Positions 11,061 to 26,260 of a DNA stretch of 64,000 bases are shown here, piece after piece; position 1 is the first letter of the stretch; the number at the start of each line of letters is the position of its first letter. Made by a program: the position numbers and the translations under genes. Source of the DNA: Azolla caroliniana (Eukaryota > Plantae > Polypodiophyta); the NCBI GenBank assembly GCA_043228905.1, contig JBHGNT010000001.1:9672001-9736000 (forward strand), read 5' to 3'. The notes under the pieces are model-generated. The model was not told the origin of the DNA. It did not search any database and worked only from the letters and a program-made list of their open reading frames with translations.

Positions 11061-12963
11061 GTATATTGACATTGGCCACTTTAAGTTTAATACCAATGGA
11101 GGATATTTTTTTCGAAAAATAAAATAAAAAATTTAATGCTAGGTGCTTAAGTGTGTGTTAACCATATGCAACCTATAAGTCGAAATGCAATGGGCATGCT
11201 TAATAGACATTGATTCCAAGGAATAACTAAACTTGTTTTAAAGCACTATTTATAATTGTCAAAAAATAGATTACTTTATTTCTATGTTTCATATACATTT
11301 GCATCTCATTTCTAATTTCTCATTCAAATACATATAATGATCACTAGTTAATCTAGTGGAATAAAGGTGGGAACACTGGGTCATTTGAACCAGGTAGTAT
11401 GTCACATTCCTTTATTGATAAATACATGAGATGTCAAGAATTACCATTTTTGAACAAACTTTCAAGAATCTATCATGCATGCGCACATGATTTTTAAAAA
11501 CATCACTCAAAAATACAGTTAATACTATCAAGATTTCAAATTTAACCGATATTTTCTCGATTCATATACAAATTTATCCAAATCTTAGATAAGATTACGA
11601 GAATGCATTCAACTATAATTGTAATATGCTTTATTGTACACAATGTTAAATTCGAATCCAAGACAACAAATTTAGTAATTCAATTTTGTTGCTATATTTG
11701 TCTCTAAATCTTATAGAGATTGTTATATCGAATTAGTAAACAGGATTTTGGGATATAATTTGAAAATTTTTCAAAAACAAATACCTCACAATATACCACA
11801 CATGCCCAAAAACTACTAAGAACATTATATCCCAATCATACATGAACAACATCAATGTATTATCAAGTGAGCAACACCGTTGACTTAATATTATTGTGTT
11901 TACTAGAAACTCAATAACTAAGATTAAAGACAACATAGATAATACAATAAAGCTAAATTCAATTATATTAATCAAGAAACAATTGGAACCAACATTTGTC
12001 ATACTATGGATAGTTCATCATCTTCTATCAATGAAAATTGTACTTAACCACATACTTTACAAGTCAACCTTTGCAAACATATAATAGACACTTAAAGTTC
12101 AAGACACCAATCAAATAGTGTAAAGAAATGGTACTCAAACAAAAAAATCGTATATGACAAAACAAGTTTAGGGTTGCAAGTTTTTAGTTACAAATACAAA
12201 GCATTATATAATCACTCCATTAGAATGTCTGGAGCAGGCTGCTCTCCAAGATCAACTGACAATTGTGTTGCATCGACATGTTTTGTCTCCTCAACTGAAT
12301 CTTGTAATTGATCAAGGTCCCCTCCTTCTTCGTCTATTGGTTCCATCGGATCTCTGGAGGTCAACTAAAACATCTCAGTTTCATTCACATGCTTTGCCCC
12401 AACCTCTTGGTCCTGGTCGGGACAATCCTAGGTGCCTTGGATCCTCATCTTAATAAAATTTACTTGTTCGGGGTCTTTCTCTAATGCGACGCAGTTCCTG
12501 AATAATTTAAGAGCGCACACAGTCGTTGTTCCTAAACAAACAATCACATATGCAAAAGTAAGAAAACAAAGGCAGGAAATTCAATTTTATTTTAAGAAAA
12601 ATTGATTAGACTTACAACATTACATGTACCAGAAAATAAGTCGAGCATCAGGGTTCAAGAACAACTCGACCAATGGATTAATCAATTGTTGGGGCTTTTG
12701 ATATGGGTTTACAAGACTCTTGTCGCCAGACACATGGCGCAATTTCTTCGTTACAGTTGGGCACATGATATAGTTGACGGCGTTCCGCTCATTCACATGT
12801 GCCCGGGCCTTCTTCTTAGAAATAGCGTTGTAATATCCCACACACAAATGGTCCACAACGCTCACCATTCAATCACTCAAGGTACGAGTTATGTATATTT
12901 GTTTGATACTATTTGATCCATGAAGAGCCTATGGGTATGTATGTGTGGAGAGCCATCGGGGGT

Positions 12964-13450
<487 letters not shown>

Positions 13451-14912
13451 GGAAGTCTGGCAATGAAAATGAGATGGCTTTATTATATTTGAACAAAGGA
13501 TGCCACACAAGAACAAACAAACGTCCTGCACGGGTGGTCAAATGCTCTATTGCCATGCCTATGATGGATGCAAACGTGCAAGATGCTGAAGTGGGCATGC
13601 AAAAATAATTATGAATGGCAATCACAAGAAAGTGAATTGCTTCTAATGTCAATGTAAATGTGGACAAGGAAACTTTAGAAAGGTGGGAAGTTTAAACAAC
13701 AGAGAGGAATGCCCTAGGAAACTAGAATCTTAGTGTGTTGGGGCAACTTGAAGCTAGAATCTCAATGATGTCACTAATTGCTGACAACCTGCTAACTATG
13801 GCACCAACTCTCACCACAATGATTAGGGCAACATGTTTGTAGTGAATCATAACACAAACTCCATGTGAGCGAGCAGTAGTAATTAAGCCAATGATGTGCC
13901 ATTTATGGATTCGGAAGAGTCCAATCAAATGAAGAGTGTATGACAGTTGTGGACCCGATGCTTTTCCACATTTAAATTCACCTATGCTTAGTGTAATGTG
14001 CACTTGCTTTGTCTTAAAATAAAAATCACTTCTAAATTTGATATAAGTGTATGTAAATCATGATACCTTATTTATCAAGTCAACTTTGACATATGTCCAG
14101 ACATAAGCCTTAGGGTAGGTAACACTAAACAAGCTTTACCACTACACGATCAACTCTCCTCTAGTGTCAAATGAGAGTACCCCTTTGCCTAGCAAACTCA
14201 AGCTCTAGCCAACCGGTGACCTAGTTAACTTTGCCCATGGGCAAACACGCACATAGTGGAAATGTGCAAATATTGTTGGTGTGTTTTCTACTTGTTAAGA
14301 AATTAACCATCAAACTACCTCAAGATTTGAATAGTTGGAAATAGCTCCATGAAACTAAATTGGGGAAGGTTTACCTCCTTTAATCTACCTGGCCTGCAAA
14401 TAGTGATGAAAAACCACCACTAAATTGAAGGTCCAATTTGTGGCATATGAGAAAATCCCTTATAGTTTGAAGCAAAATGATCATAAAGACCAATGCGTAA
14501 CATCTTTGTATGAATTACTTCATATGTAATGGACATGTGAAGAGTATAAACTTATACCCTTCAATCATCACTATTGGGTATGAAGTCATATGTGATCGTT
14601 TTGTTTCATGACATTGAGTGGAAACCTCGAGTTAGTTTGTTACTTCCCATGTTGGGAAAGGTAAAATCACCAACGATTCTTGTGGTGGCCACATTAAGCC
14701 CTCTTTCTATTTCCTAAAGGCGGTGATCAAAATTAAGGAAGGCCAGGAACAGGAAGGAGGTATCAAACCCCCAACTGATTGATCATATGCAGATGGTGGA
14801 TGAAGGATTGATGAAATTGGAACCCATCATACCACCAATATCTTGAGGATGAGGGAGAGGTAAGAAGGAGAAGAAGAAGAAGAAGAAGAAGAAGATATAG
14901 AAGTTAGAAGGG

Positions 14913-15221
14913 ATGATGATAGGTCAAGTTAATCTTTGTGTGAAGTTGAGGCTTGCTCAGGTAGTGAAATGTGTGTTGGAAGTGGTGATTGTGGCCGTGT
15001 GCCTGTTGTGGGTGTCGTGGTGGTTTGTGTCGCCCGAAGACCCCGCTGATCTCCAGAGTATTAAGCACCTGGACCCATGGGTGGCAAGCCGCCATGGAAG
15101 AAAGGAAGGTACACACACATTGATAATCACAGTCTATATCTATCTATCCATTTTTGGAAATTCTCCAATATGTGGGTGTCAAATGAAGTTCTATATGGAT
15201 GGATGGATGGATTGATTGATT

Positions 15222-15252
<31 letters not shown>

Positions 15253-18200
15253 ATTCTCTTTTCACTTATTTGTTTTTCGGGATTTTCGTGGATCTGATAC
15301 AATTTTCGATATGTGCTTGATCTAGCTTCGATTCTCGTGTTTCAAGTCATGCCATTTGTTGTGGTGGCTATACTCAGCTTCGTTGTGATCGAGCTCCGAG
15401 CATTCATCAAAACAGCGAAAGGTCATCATGAGGGTGGTCGTGCTAACTGGTTCAGCATGAAAGCCTACCCTATCCTCATCGGCCGGCCTTTCAGCGTTTT
15501 AACTATGGCGGAGCTTCTCACTATCCTCGGGGTATTGTTTTTGGTGTTATATCACTTCGGGCGGCTCAATCAAATAGCCTTCGCTCAGATCAATGCAAAT
15601 CGGACAACATATCGAAGACCGAAAACAGCATCCCTGTAAGCCTCTCTAAACACAAATACACATACAAAAGCATAAAGATGCTTCATTTTATATCTACGGA
15701 TGCATTATGTAAAACCTATATCATATGTATATATTTGGCTCATGAAGTATGAGGATATTTGGCTCATGAAGTATGAGGATATTTGGTATTAATTCAAGGT
15801 GTAAATCCACATCAAAAGATTACAAAAATGAGCTCTTATGTACTCCTGCATTAAGAAACTTAGGGGAGATTAATGCATAGATTAATGGCTGATTATGAAA
15901 TTTAGGCCTTGGGAGAAGTTGCACTATGCTGCCCGCTACGCGGGTACCGTGGCAATACTGCCCTTCTCACTCCTCTGGATCCCAGTCTCTCGAGGCTCTC
16001 CGTTTTTGCGTCTGGTCGGTGTTAGTTTTGAGCGAGCGGTTCGATACCACATGTGGCTGGCCACGTTGATGATGGTTTTTCTCACTTTCCACGGACTAGG
16101 CTACATCCTTTACTATGTGAAAACAAATCAAGCCAATGAGGTAAGACGATCTAGTCTCTCTACTCTCCAAACATTTTCTTTCTTTCTAGACATTCTCCCC
16201 AATGTTGTAGCTCATAATTGTGAGTTCCTAAGTACACAAATGATGGGATCATTGCTGGAAATTTGTCTAGAGACTTCTTTTGCTTACATTAGTATAGAAT
16301 GCCTCATTGATTTGGCATTTGATCCTAGATCTATGGATGGGAAACCGGAAGGAACACCGTTGCGGTACTGGCAGGTCTAGTTGCTTTGATCATAGGAATC
16401 ATTATATGGGCAATGTCAGCCGAGTATTTCCGCCGCCGATTCTATGACTTGTCTTTCATCATTCATCATCTCTAAATACCTTTCTTCCTCTTTTGGCTAT
16501 ATCACGTCATCTGGACATATCACTTCTTCATCATCCCGGTACTTCTCTTCCTTGTGGATCGCTTCATTCGCATGGTCCAATCAAGGCGGCTTGTCGATGT
16601 ACTCTGCGCAAGGCTTCACAAGTCCGGTGCTGTGCAGCTTATGCTTCCTATTGACCCAGGCAAGTCAAATTTTATGAAATAATTTGGTTCTTATGGTTAT
16701 GGCAATAGGCAATATGTATTGGTTCTGATGAGCATATGGGCTGACCACCATGCATGGTTCTTTCGTGTATATAGCTAGCTATGAGTACATGACTATGCAT
16801 GGCTCTATTGTTTATATAGCAAGCTATGGGCCCATGAATATGTATGGTTGTTATGCATCTAAATGAATGAGTGCCCGTCCATGCATGATTCTTATGTGTA
16901 TTTAGCCAAGATTCATGTCGAATAGGAACACTTCTTCTATGGTTGCTTGGCTTTGGATGATTCTTATGTTTATTCTTTTGGTTATATGGCTACATCCATG
17001 GATTTTATGTTTATGTGTTTGAGTACACTAACATGCTTTGATAGTATTTGAAAATGGGCCACATGACCTTCCTATATTCTTGCATGGGTCTTATATAGCA
17101 ACCTGATCATGCATGGTGCTAATGTATATGCTTACGTAGCCGATGTTGTGTAGTAAGCATATGGCATATTGCATCGAAGAACCCATCAAAAATTTGTCAT
17201 TTATCAGGGTTGTTCTACAATGCCCTATCGAAATGGTGCATCGGGATTCTTGGCCTCTCAAGACTACAATGGCACTTTTTCAGCACGTTCTCCACTCCAT
17301 TGGATGAAAAGAAAATGGTTTCCTTTATTATCAAGCCTCTAGGGGGATGGACAAACACTCTTTCCAACCAATTCCACGTCCCAGATGAACTTCAATACGA
17401 ACATGATATTCAAAACTCGCCACAAGCTTGCCCTTTTTCATTCAAGGCACGAGTTGAGGGGCCGTATTCAAATGAATCAGACTTCTATTTAAAGTAATAT
17501 CAGTAATCCTTCTTAATTCTTTCATTGTTTTTGTTTATTAACTCCGATTGAACATCATTTTAATTATGTTGATTGATTTTGTATGTTTGTATGTTTGTAT
17601 GTGATGATGAGCCAGGTATAAGAGACTCATCCTTATAGCTGGTGGTATAGGGATATCTCCATTGCTAGCCATAATTCAAGACATATTACATAGATATCGA
17701 GCTCTAAAACCAAACTCTAAGCATCTTCCAAAATCCATTATAATTTACCATTGTGTCAGAAAACCAGACGAGTTGTGCATCTTAAGTAGCATAAATCCTC
17801 ATCAAATCCTTCCGGATTATGAGGCTTATGGATTAAGTATCGAGGTTCATGCTTATATAACCTCCAAGAACATGGATGATTATAGTGGAATAGAAGGAAG
17901 GGAGGTCCTAGACATGGTAGAGCTATGGAAACTCCCAAAATTGTATCCATCTTTGGTGTATTGGCCTCGTATGTTCTACCCACCAAATAAAATTGAGCCT
18001 CGAGGAATATCAAGTATAAGTACAAGAGGGAAAACAAGATGGGTAGCATCGACAACTATTGCTTCTATTGTAGGGTACTTTGTGCTTTCTGGACTAACAA
18101 ACACTTACATTATCAAATCATATAACCATAACCTTAGTAACTATAATCGTGCACACTTGGTGGTAGCTTACATTTTCCTGGCAACAACAATATTTGGTGG

Positions 18201-19812
18201 GTTTATTGTTTTGATGTGGTTTATGAGTATACTATGCTCAAAGAAGAATATGCTCCCTTTGCAAGAAGGTATGAGGTTAGATATTGGGAAGGATATGGAG
18301 ATGCATGAAAGGTTGGACCATGTTGATTATGAAGCTTGTGGTAGACCGGTCGAAGAAATTTCTTTTTGGGCTGGAGACTTGCATTTTCACTCTCGACCCA
18401 ATTGGAGAGGTAAATTTGGTATATTGCTATAATATGATATAAACTTGAGTTATTGTGTAAAGCCAATATATTGGGAACTTGTGCTAGATTTTCAGTGAGC
18501 TAGAGCAATGGCTTGAAGTGAAGTGCTAGGTAGGGTAACTTGATTAGAGAGGTGGTATATCAATCCCAAGTATTGTTCAAATTGGTTGGGTCATGACATT
18601 GTTGAAGACACAATATGATGTTATATTCCTTTGAGTTTTCTAGAAATTTGGTGGGTGAGTTGTCAATGCTTCTTAAGGAGGAATATAAATAGTGCTTAGG
18701 TGACTATTGAGAAGATATTGAAATTAAAACACACGAAGAAACCATAGGAGGAAAAGTTAATGTGTAATAAGATAATATCACTTTAGAGGTAGTTTAGACC
18801 CCCTTTCTTATAGTTGTTGCATCTAGGAAAAGTCATTTCATTGATAATTTACATCAGTTGGAAGGTAGTATAGTTCAAAACTAAATTAGTAATGTTCTAG
18901 GGAGAAATAGTTACTTGTATTCCATGATAATGGAGATACAATAATTCGCTAGATTGCCAAGGATTCCACACCAATGGAGATAAGCTACACAAGAAATGTG
19001 ACAAATTTGAATGTACATGCATGGAGAGAGTACATCATGCTTGGAATTGCTAACGAACATGATCATGAGTTTCTATATGAGTTAATTTTAAGGGAATGGA
19101 GTAATTCCTAGGGACGGTATTTGTGAAAGTTGGAAGTATCAAACATATCTAAAATAGGCGTATGAATTAGTATCTCATCAAACTCTACATGCATCCAAAG
19201 CAGAATTGATGACGCTCGACCTTTGATTTAAAATAAAGAGGTTTATGAATTAATAAGGTCATTAATGAAGTAAAGATGAATAATATTTACTTTCTAATTA
19301 GATGTATTGTAATTTTATTTGATCATGTATGAAATCCATTTAAATTGAACTACCCAATTGGTATAGGATCTTATATTTTTAGAATTTAATTGAGCTAGAA
19401 TTAGAACTTCCTTTAATGAGACGGTTGCATGTAGATTATAGATGAGTCACTCTTAACATTATTGTTAAATTACTTGTTTGCCTTAATTCTTGGGTTGCCA
19501 TAAATTAACATATTGTAGTTAGTGAGGACATTCTTTCATGTTGATGCAAGTCCTGCTAACCTAACTTTATGGTGCTCGATCTTTCGACCCAAATCACTCT
19601 CTTATCAATATTTCTCTTTTTTTGCAGAAGTTTTCAATGGATTTACTAATAGATATCAAGGTGAGTGCATTGGTGTTCTTGTTTTTGGATCAAAAAGCAT
19701 ACAAGAAGATATTGCAAGGGAGTGTAGAAGAAACTCATGTCTAAGCATAGTTGCATATTTCTCAGGAAAGGGTGATATGTTCCATTATCACTCTTTTAGT
19801 CCTCAATTTTAG
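14913..19812 (+). pseudogene. FRO: Ferric reduction oxidase (ferric-chelate reductase) gene, 7 exons, with an in-frame stop in exon 4
   Basis: Exons 14913-15108, 15326-15635, 15906-16140, 16329-16659, 17208-17493, 17616-18409 and 19628-19812 join in phase. Motifs: PVSRGSPFL, FERAVRYHMW, HHL*, DRFIRMVQS, QWHFFS, VEGPY, LIAGGIGISP. TAA at 16473-16475 replaces the Y of HHLY. Confidence 0.88.
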
Positions 19813-20729
19813 TTAATAAACATGTTTCATGACTACACTTCAAAAATGAATGTAAAAAAATATTATATGAAGTATTTTAACGTCTTACAAGTGTAAAATA
19901 TATCTCATAATAAGTGTTGGCATACCAAAAATGTTGAGAGGTGAGACTCATCGATAGGTCATGAGCTATCTCGGATTTGAAGTTTGGTGCTCAAGCTATA
20001 GGCACAAGTTGATATTACAAACAATTTCTTTTCGTGGCATAATAATTAATAATCGAACGGCAAAAATAGTCTTGGTATGAATGTAGTTGTGCATGTTAAA
20101 TATTGCTAATATTTTAGGATTAGTCAAGTGTTATTTTTTGTTGGCATCAATCTCTTGCATTAATGAGCTCATCATTGTGAATGTCATATGTCTAAATATT
20201 GTTGACATCATTTTAGGTTGGTTTTGATCACTTGCATTTATATGCTCATAGACCTATAAGGTCTTGTGTATTTAATGTCACATGTTCAACATAGATATCA
20301 AATCTGATTTGTCCATATAATTGAACATCTAGTACACTACAAGGGATTGTAATAAGGTTAATCAGTAGTAACTATAGTTACCCTATAGTTGGTGCTTGTG
20401 TTAATAACTATAGATACCCTATAGAAAGTTTACAATTAAAGTACATTAGTATATACTTATTTTACAAAAATCTAAGGTGTAGGAAGCTTCCATGTTGTAA
20501 TCATGTGATCATTTATGCTTAATGCTCTGTGTTATCCTCGGATTGTAGTTACAGTTGGTTGGACAAAGAGGATTATAAAAGCAAAATCATTTTAAGATTA
20601 CATTATCATCTCTGTTTTTTGTGAAAACACGAAAAGGAAACTAAAAAGAACTCAAGACCAAGAGACCGTGAGGATCCATATGCGCCCATTTAATATTGAC
20701 TAAGAGACCATGAGGATTTACATGGAGTC

Positions 20730-20900
20730 ATATGATTGTGCCACAAAGCAGACTTCCAAGAGACCCTGTACCAAAGCATGGTTATTCGACATTGTGGTCA
20801 CTCTTGCCCTCATGTATGGTGCAACCGTATGGGCCTAAAGCCTCCCCATGCACACTAGCTATCCAAGTTGAATTGGTAGCACAACCTCCCATGGTGGTAG
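20730..20900 (+). mobile_element. LINE reverse-transcriptase C-terminal remnant
   Basis: Translates as TKAWLFDIVVTLALMYGATVWA*, resembling the K..LF...V...L.YG..VW motif of non-LTR RTs. Confidence 0.45.
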
Positions 20901-23420
20901 AAGCATTAATCTAGACACGTTGTCATACATTATAAGCAACAGCAAAACATCCGCCCAACACAAGATTATCTACATATAACGTAATAAATGTGTTTGTGCA
21001 AGCATCCAAATGTTTGAAAACGTTTGAAAAGGGAAAGACGTGTGTTCCTATTTTTTCCTTTTTTGTATTTTCTTTTTAACAAAACCATATTCTAGGTTGA
21101 ATGGGGAAACCGTACACATTGATACATGTTAGAGCCCATCCCGTTATCTACCATTCGAACCATTGCTTACATGCAACTTATCTCACATGCATTGCGATGT
21201 GAGATGGGACACAAGTGATGAGAGCAGTTGACTATGCACACTTTGCCCTAAACAAGTTCAAGAGTCTGAGCATCACACTTTGATACAATGCTCTACCTTT
21301 GATCATATTTGACCATGTTTTCCACACATCTTCGACCAAGCCCAATCCTTGCACGAATTTCTCGCACAACCGCAATGTGCACTCTCGATTGCTACATTCA
21401 TTGGTAAAGTTCTTGAACATCGAGAATTGCTACTCACTTTCACACGGATGACGTGGAACAGGTCCCTCCGGATGGGAAGAGCACAAGCTGGATTGAAGTT
21501 CGAAGAACAAGAACCAAATGGAAAGGGAGAACCAAATCAGATGGCTGCAAAGAAGAGAGCTGGATGAGGATTTGGACAAAAGACTGGATCCAAAGCCGGA
21601 CCGGCCAGAAGGCATCCGCTCAGATCCGGAGAGGTATCCAGAAGTGGACATTTTGTAAATATGTTTTGGTGCGCCTAAGAATGGCCATATTTGTAAATAG
21701 TCCATAGTATGTGATGGAGAGATATGAAAAAAGATAGAGAAAAGAAGAGGAAGAGAAAGGAATACTTTAATATACTATTAGGAACACAATACCATCTTCT
21801 TAGACTCCAAAAGTAACAACCCCAAAGAACTACCTTAATCTCAATGACATTAATTCATAATAGTCTTCCTTCTTCTCTCTTTCTTCTACTAAGACTCCTC
21901 TCACTTCTTCTAGCTTTCGTATTCTTCCTCCCCCTTACAAATATTCGATTCCCCCTCCTCCCTAATTACTAAGAATAATTTCATATTTATAAGTTTTTAG
22001 TTGCTTTTTTCTTTTCTTTTCTTTTTACATATCCTCAAGTTTATGTGAGGCGTTTTATTATATCACTATGTTTGCTTTGTCATCCCAAATTTTAATACAA
22101 GAAAGCTCTCTTTGTCAGATTTCTTACAAATCTTTTCTTTTGAAATTTGGATATGAGATGAAGAAGTTATGAGCTTTTTTTCTCTGCCTTGATTTTTTTG
22201 CCATTTTCTGAGTTTTCTTTTTCTTTTTCTTTTCTTCTGCTTTTTCTACATTTGAAAAGCAACTCTAACTTTATATTCATCAAGTTCCTTCTTCCGTTAA
22301 TACTTGATCCTTTCATATTGTGCTTTATTCTTATACACCTTAGCATCCAATGTATTAGCCACGGTCTTTTCTTACGGGCAAATGTTGACTTCACGGTATG
22401 TGTTAGTATAAATACATTTAGGGCAAATCATTATGTGTGTAGCATTAGAGAGTGTAACTAGCATGTAGGAGAGTGAGAGAGAGTGTTGTAACTCTTGTTG
22501 CCGTCTTTGGACAAAGAAGAACTCAAGGTTGTTGCCTTGGAGTTTCCTGTTGTATATTCCTCCTACTATAGTGATTAGTTAGAGTTTGCAGACTCCTATG
22601 GTTTTTTCCCTTTCAAGGGTTTCCACGATAAAATATTTGTGTCTACTGTTTTGGTTGTCTTGATTCTTATGCCTCTCATTTGTACATGTTGACAGGTTGA
22701 GCCCGGCTACATATTCATAACAAACTGGTATCAGAGCAATGGATGAACATCTTGGAGGAATGTTCAAGTTAACCGGCTCCAACTATTCAGTTTGGAAGTC
22801 GAAGATGAGGGATATGTTGGTGTGTAGAGACCTCTGCCTACTAGTGCAGTTCGGAGATGGTAAGCTAGACAAAATCGATGCATTAACCTGGGAGGTTATG
22901 CATATGAAGAAGACATCTTACATCAGATGTTTTATAGACATGAGTCTATATAACAATTTTAATGAAGAGACAAAAGTAGATCGGTGGCATGTTCAAGAGT
23001 AAAACGTTGTTAACAAAGTCTTAGTAGTCTGGAAGATCGTGAGACTGAGGTACCAGGATGGCTCAAGCATGGTAGAGCACTTGAATGCCTCCCAAGCACA
23101 GATAAACCAAACCACCTCTCTAGAAGTACCTCTTGCCGATGAGGTATTAGCATTGTTGTTGTTGGGATCCCTTCCAGATAGTCAAGAGATGCTCGTTGTC
23201 ACATTGGGCAATGTCGAACCGAAAGGGAAGCATCTATCCCTAGAGAAGGTGAAGTCGAGCTTATTAAATGAGGAAGCCCACCAGAAGGACACAGAGTTCG
23301 TTACTAACCCGAAGGCCTTAGTCATAGAAGGTGACACGAACACAGGAAGAGGCTGGTAGAGAAGTCCCTAGAATCGAGAGAAATCTAGGACAAGATTGAA
23401 GTCAAGGGGGAGGCTCACGT

Positions 23421-24274
23421 TGTCGTGGAAATCCCCATGTGCGCGATGGTTTAAGCGGGACCACAAGGGTCTTGGACTTGGGAGTAAAAGGGGAAATGGA
23501 AGCTCAACCTTTACAGCCTCCGAGTTGAAAAGGATAGGAACAATGGTCCAAGGATTAACACGATAAAGAACTAACCGAGATGAGGTTCATCAAACAAATT
23601 CCATTACGGTCACAAAAGCCAAAATACGATTACAATCGCGGCCATTTAGGCCGGACTCAAGCACAACTAGAAGAAAACCTAATCGGATAGGAAGAATAAG
23701 AAGAAGTAAACCTCCCTAGTCAAGAAGAAGAAGTAAACCTAATCGGAAAGGAAAATGATAGAGAAGGGGAACCTAAAACCAAAACCCTAACAGGAAATGG
23801 GATAAGATGAAGAAGAACTAAAACCCTAATGGTCTACCCCGAAACAACAAAATGGCAACCCCCTCAATGATGCCTCCTCACCCCTTTTATAGTGGAAAAG
23901 GGTGAGCTTATTGCAAAAGGAGAGGCCAAATATTCCACTCATTTCAAAGAGGGATATTTGCCTTGATTTTAGGAGGAGATATTGATGCGGCCTTAACTCC
24001 CTCTCTCATTCTCACACACACACCACCATGTCCTCTACTTATTACACCCTTACTTCTATGCAATCTCTTTTCTTACGTGTGCATGTGCACCTAAGTGTAC
24101 ATCACATTCATAATTTACGAACTTTGTGGTGTACTTTTAGCACCTTACATTTTACCTTATACATTTGTTTTCCTTATTCTCATTTACAATTACTAAGTGC
24201 ATGTGCAATGTTGCACATCCCCATTTTATTCGTCCCACTCAGTTTTCTCACCATAGCCGAAAATCCTCACGACA
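23421..24274 (-). mobile_element. Solo LTR J (854 bp) of the G/H gypsy-like family
   Basis: TGTCG...CGACA ends with a 4-bp TSD ACGT (23417-23420 and 24275-24278). Removing it restores the copia C reading frame. Similar to the LTRs of G and H. Confidence 0.9.
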
Positions 24275-25937
24275 ACGTGCTTCTATTGTGGGAAGCCGGG
24301 GCATTTCCAAAAGAAGTTATGGCACTTCCGGAAAGAAATAGGTGGAGGTGATGGTGTCGAGCCAAAGAAGAATCCGGAGTGAAAGGGCATCACAACAATC
24401 GCGACAAGTGAGGAGGAGTCGTTGCTTATCAGTGAGCAAAACATGTTGGACCTTGTCGGCGATGAATCAACATGGATGGTCGATTCCAATGTATCGTTTC
24501 ACTTGGACCCCTAACCAAGAATGTTTCTCATCATACACAACCGGTGATCATGGATATGTAAAGATGGGAAATGAAGGAGCATGTTGAATTATAGGAATCA
24601 GAGATGTTTGTTTACTTACGTCAACCAGATGTAGGATGTTCTTAAGAGATGTACGCCACATTTTGGAAGTCAAATTAAATCTAATATCAATCAATCGGCT
24701 AGACGATAAAGGCTACAACGATAACTTCCAAAACGGCACGTTGAAGTTCTACAAGGGAAACCTGATTGTGGTCCATGCTGAGAAGACAAACACACTATAT
24801 TTGATGCATGCTCGGCTATGCTAGGACAAAGTCAACGTGGCAGCAAACACAACCGGTGGGCTGTGGCACAAGAGGCTATGCCAAATGAGTGAGAAGGGGA
24901 TGTAGAGACTTGTTAGTATCATGAACACATGACCATTATGGCATCACCCGGACCTTGTAATCCATGATTGAAAACCTTAACCATTAAGATAGCTTATTGT
25001 CACATGAGAGGATAAAAGCTACTTTTTGTATTACATTGATTATTGTAAAAACTCTGGATCATTCCAGAATGTTCTAGAATGTCCTAGAACATTATAGGTC
25101 TAGAACATTATAGAAATCTCTAAGCTATTCTATAGGAACCTATAAATAGGGGCATACATGTATTCCCAAATCAATTCGAATCAACACTAGTCTTTAGCTC
25201 TCATTACATATCTTGTATCCATTCTCTTTCTTTTCCTATCTTAATACACTCATTCTTCTCTTAGCATTTCGTTCCTTTCTTCTCGTGTTCTCTTATATCC
25301 TTCTTCCATCACTCTATCTTTTATTCTTGGTTCTTGTTACCCGTAAGAATATACGGGGAGGCATAAGGGTATGTGTAATGATGTGGTTGATGTGTATGTG
25401 TAATGTAAATGAGTGTGTGAGGATGAGTATGTGTATGGACACATGCACAATTATGTGCATGTGTACAAGAATGTGTAATGGTCTTATTTGTAATGGTCAT
25501 GTAACCGTTACATTAGATGTATTATATAAACCCCCTATGGGGTATGTAATGAAATATACATTTTCCCCCTCTCATTTTGTGTCACTTTCAATTTTTCATT
25601 CTCTTTGGCTCTCTCACTATCGTAACCCCCTTGGGAGAGGGGTGAAGCCATTCTAGGTTTCACCCCCCACCCCAACAACACTTTTGGCACACTTGAATGG
25701 ACGACTCCCTTCAGAGGAAGTCTATCCCTCACTCTTCCCTCTCCATTATCAATCTCTCTCTTGCCCCCCCTCTCTGTGTGTTCGTCTTTGAGTGTGATTT
25801 GTGCATGAACTCTCTGTGGAAGAGCCAACCTCTGATAGAGATCTCCACAATAGTCTAACTCTATCTCTCTTTCTCTCTGTCTATCTCTGTCTCTATGTCT
25901 CTCCCTACGAACAAACAGAACTCGTCGAGCTCTGGCT

Positions 25938-26260
25938 ATGGCGAGCTGCAGCAACAACAACAACAATGGATGACGACGAAGAAGCAAGCATGTTCTCACG
26001 GAAGAAGCCCAACCTCCCCACCACAACCATCACCTGTCCTCATCCACCTGTACTACTCTGAGTCCTGGCTGAGGAGATCTTCACGATGTTGGTGCGGGCT
26101 ATGGCCACATTGAAGGCGTTCTCTGCCAAACTTGTGGCCTAAGAGATCGAGAGAACCAGCTCCTTCTCTACGATCGCTGTGATCGTGGTCACCACTCTTT
26201 CTGCCTTCATCCCATTCTCTTTCATGTTCCTTCTGTTTCTTGGCCGTTGCCCCTCTACAG
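25938..26260 (+). pseudogene. ATXR5/6: Captured 5' end of an ATXR5/ATXR6-like gene (start codon, Arg-rich N-terminus, PHD finger)
   Basis: From ATG 25938, one frame reads MASCSNNNNNG*RRRSKH...VLCQTCGLRDRENQLLLYDRCDRGHHSFCLHPILFHVPSVSW, followed by a frameshifted CP. This matches the ATXR5/6-type PHD pattern [31 protein letters not shown]. A CT-rich 5'UTR-like tract precedes it. Confidence 0.72.

Noticed and set aside
18500-19250. Possible LINE remnant in FRO intron 6
   Set aside because: Too degenerate to support by eye.
21230-21720. Short ORFs in a GC-richer island
   Set aside because: No recognisable motif or splice structure, so I cannot assign them.
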